From NCBI GenBank assembly GCA_963795855.1, contig CAWCIZ010000003.1:352001-416000 (forward strand): a DNA stretch of 64,000 nucleotides. Direction: 5' to 3'. Both the position numbers and the translations under genes were made by a program. Source of the stretch: Vulcanimicrobiota bacterium. Lineage in GTDB: Bacteria > Vulcanimicrobiota > Vulcanimicrobiia > Vulcanimicrobiales > Vulcanimicrobiaceae. Under the pieces are notes generated by a model. It was not told the origin of the DNA. It saw only the letters and a program-made list of their open reading frames with translations, and ran no database searches. Position 1 is the first letter of the stretch. The number at the start of each line of letters is the position of its first letter. Positions 62,546 through 64,000 of the stretch are shown here, in pieces.

Positions 62546-63574
62546 TTGCTCGGCACCGTTGCGCAACTCGCGCAGCGCGTCGGGGGACGCGCGATCGGCG
62601 ACGGCGCGCTCTCGATTGCGCGCATCGCCGCCATCGACGAAGCCGGCCCTGATGCGCTGACGTTCGCAACGACGCCGGCGTATTTGCAGGCGGCGCTGAA
62701 ATCTCGCGCAGCCGCCGTGCTCGTCGACGAGAGCATCGTGCAGACTGCGCCTCTCGATGCGTCCAAGCCGCTCATCGCCGTGCAGAGCGCACGCGTTGCG
62801 CTCATGCAACTGCTGCGCGCTTTCGATCGGCCGCGCAAACGCGGACCGTTCACGCATCCCAGCGCAGTCGTCGACGAAAGCGCGCAGATCGGGGACGGCG
62901 TGTACGTTGGCCCGGCGGCGATCGTGGGGGCGCGCAGCCGCATCGGCGACCACAGCGTCTTGGAAGCAGGCGCGTTCGTCGGCGAAGACGTCACGATCGG
63001 CAGCGGCGTTCTATTGCATCCCCACGCCGCGGTCATGGACGGCTGCGTCGTCGGAAACGATGCGATCGTACATCCGGGCGCCGTCATCGGCAGCGACGGA
63101 TTCGGATACGTATTCGTCGGCGGGCGGTTCGAACGAATTCCGCAGGTCGGCAACGTGGTGCTCGGCGACGGTGTGGAGATCGGCGCGAATACGTGCGTCG
63201 ATCGTGCGCAAACCGGAAGTACGCACATCGGCGACGGAACCAAAATAGATAATCTTTGCCAAATCGGGCACAACTGCCGCATCGGCGCGAACACCGGTAT
63301 GGCGGCGCAAACCGGGCTTGCCGGCAGCACGATCGTCGGAGATTACGTGCTAATCGGCGGGCAAGCGGGATTCAAGGGACATATCACCATCGGTTCCCGC
63401 GTGAAGATTGCGGCGGGCGCAAAAGTGTGGGGCGACATCGCGGACGAGGCATTCGTAAGCGGCACGCCCGCGCGTCCCCATCAGGAAGATTTGCGCCGAG
63501 AGGTCATGCTTCGCGGCCTGCCTAAGCTGATCGCCCGTGTCGAGGCCCTCGAAAAGAAACAGCGCGAGTCCTAG
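62546..63574 (+). CDS. lpxD: UDP-3-O-(3-hydroxyacyl)glucosamine N-acyltransferase
   Basis: Hexapeptide repeats, IGSDGFGY, IPQVGNV, VEIGANTCVDR, TKIDNLCQIGHN. Confidence 0.95.
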   Translation: MLGTVAQLAQRVGGRAIGDGALSIARIAAIDEAGPDALTFATTPAYLQAALKSRAAAVLVDESIVQTAPLDASKPLIAVQSARVALMQLLRAFDRPRKRGPFTHPSAVVDESAQIGDGVYVGPAAIVGARSRIGDHSVLEAGAFVGEDVTIGSGVLLHPHAAVMDGCVVGNDAIVHPGAVIGSDGFGYVFVGGRFERIPQVGNVVLGDGVEIGANTCVDRAQTGSTHIGDGTKIDNLCQIGHNCRIGANTGMAAQTGLAGSTIVGDYVLIGGQAGFKGHITIGSRVKIAAGAKVWGDIADEAFVSGTPARPHQEDLRREVMLRGLPKLIARVEALEKKQRES

Positions 63575-63580
63575 GCAGGC

Positions 63581-64000
63581 GTGAGCGTGCAGTACCAAAC
63601 GACGCTTCGCGAGGCGTTTGCGTTTGAGGGTGTGGGCTTGCATACCGGCGCGCCGTGCCGCGTCGACGTTCGCCCCGCTTCGGCGGGCACCGGTTTGCAA
63701 TTCGTTTCGGGCAGTACGGTTATTCCGGCGCTCGCCGAGCACGTCGTGGAAACGGCCCGCGCAACGGTCGTCGGAAAAGACGGCGTCACGATATCGACCG
63801 TCGAGCATCTGCTTGCCGCGCTTTTCGGAATGGGTCTTGCGAACGCGACCATTCACGTCGACGGTCCGGAAATTCCGGTAGCCGACGGCAGCGCGAAAAC
63901 GTGGGTGGAACTCATCGCACGGGCCGGAATCGCCGCGCAAAGCGAAGTGCGCGATCGTTTCGTTCCCGCTTCTCCGGTCTTCGTGCGTGACGCCGATCGC
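63581..64000 (+). CDS. lpxC: UDP-3-O-acyl-GlcNAc deacetylase (partial, runs off the window)
   Basis: Read from the sequence: QTTLREAFAFEGVGLHTG...STVEHLLAAL...GPEIPVADGSA. Confidence 0.93.
   Translation, partial: MSVQYQTTLREAFAFEGVGLHTGAPCRVDVRPASAGTGLQFVSGSTVIPALAEHVVETARATVVGKDGVTISTVEHLLAALFGMGLANATIHVDGPEIPVADGSAKTWVELIARAGIAAQSEVRDRFVPASPVFVRDADR

Noticed and set aside
1..64000. tRNA, rRNA, transposase, integrase or prophage genes
   Set aside because: None recognised by eye; the intergenic spaces are short and otherwise explained. A tRNAscan/Infernal run would be needed to exclude small RNAs.

Overview
GC-rich bacterial chromosome segment spanning the replication origin. It holds the conserved rpmH-rnpA-yidD-yidC-jag-mnmE-mnmG-rsmG-parAB block on the minus strand, and dnaA-dnaN-recF-DUF721-gyrB on the plus strand, followed by an outer-membrane cluster (tamB-bamA-three skp/OmpH paralogs-lpxD-lpxC). 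The left half carries purH, smc, rnc, fabF, rpmA-obgE-nadD, maf-mreCD-mrdA, a duplicated pair of Ig-like (DUF11-type) repeat protein plus membrane HEAT protein, and a selenocysteine formate dehydrogenase operon with a SECIS. A diderm envelope combined with Terrabacteria-like traits suggests a lineage such as Eremiobacterota (tentative inference). About 20 single-base frameshifts, many in essential genes, look like sequencing or assembly errors. The most striking unexplained features are: (1) a palindromic, translatable ~127-180 bp element present as a tandem array between rnc and smc and as a diverged copy between recF and DUF721, in both places supplying the downstream start codon through an ATGA overlap; (2) the duplicated signal-peptide-less six-module Ig-repeat/HEAT-anchor gene pairs; (3) a 28-aa membrane peptide with a structured leader beside two variant parS sites.
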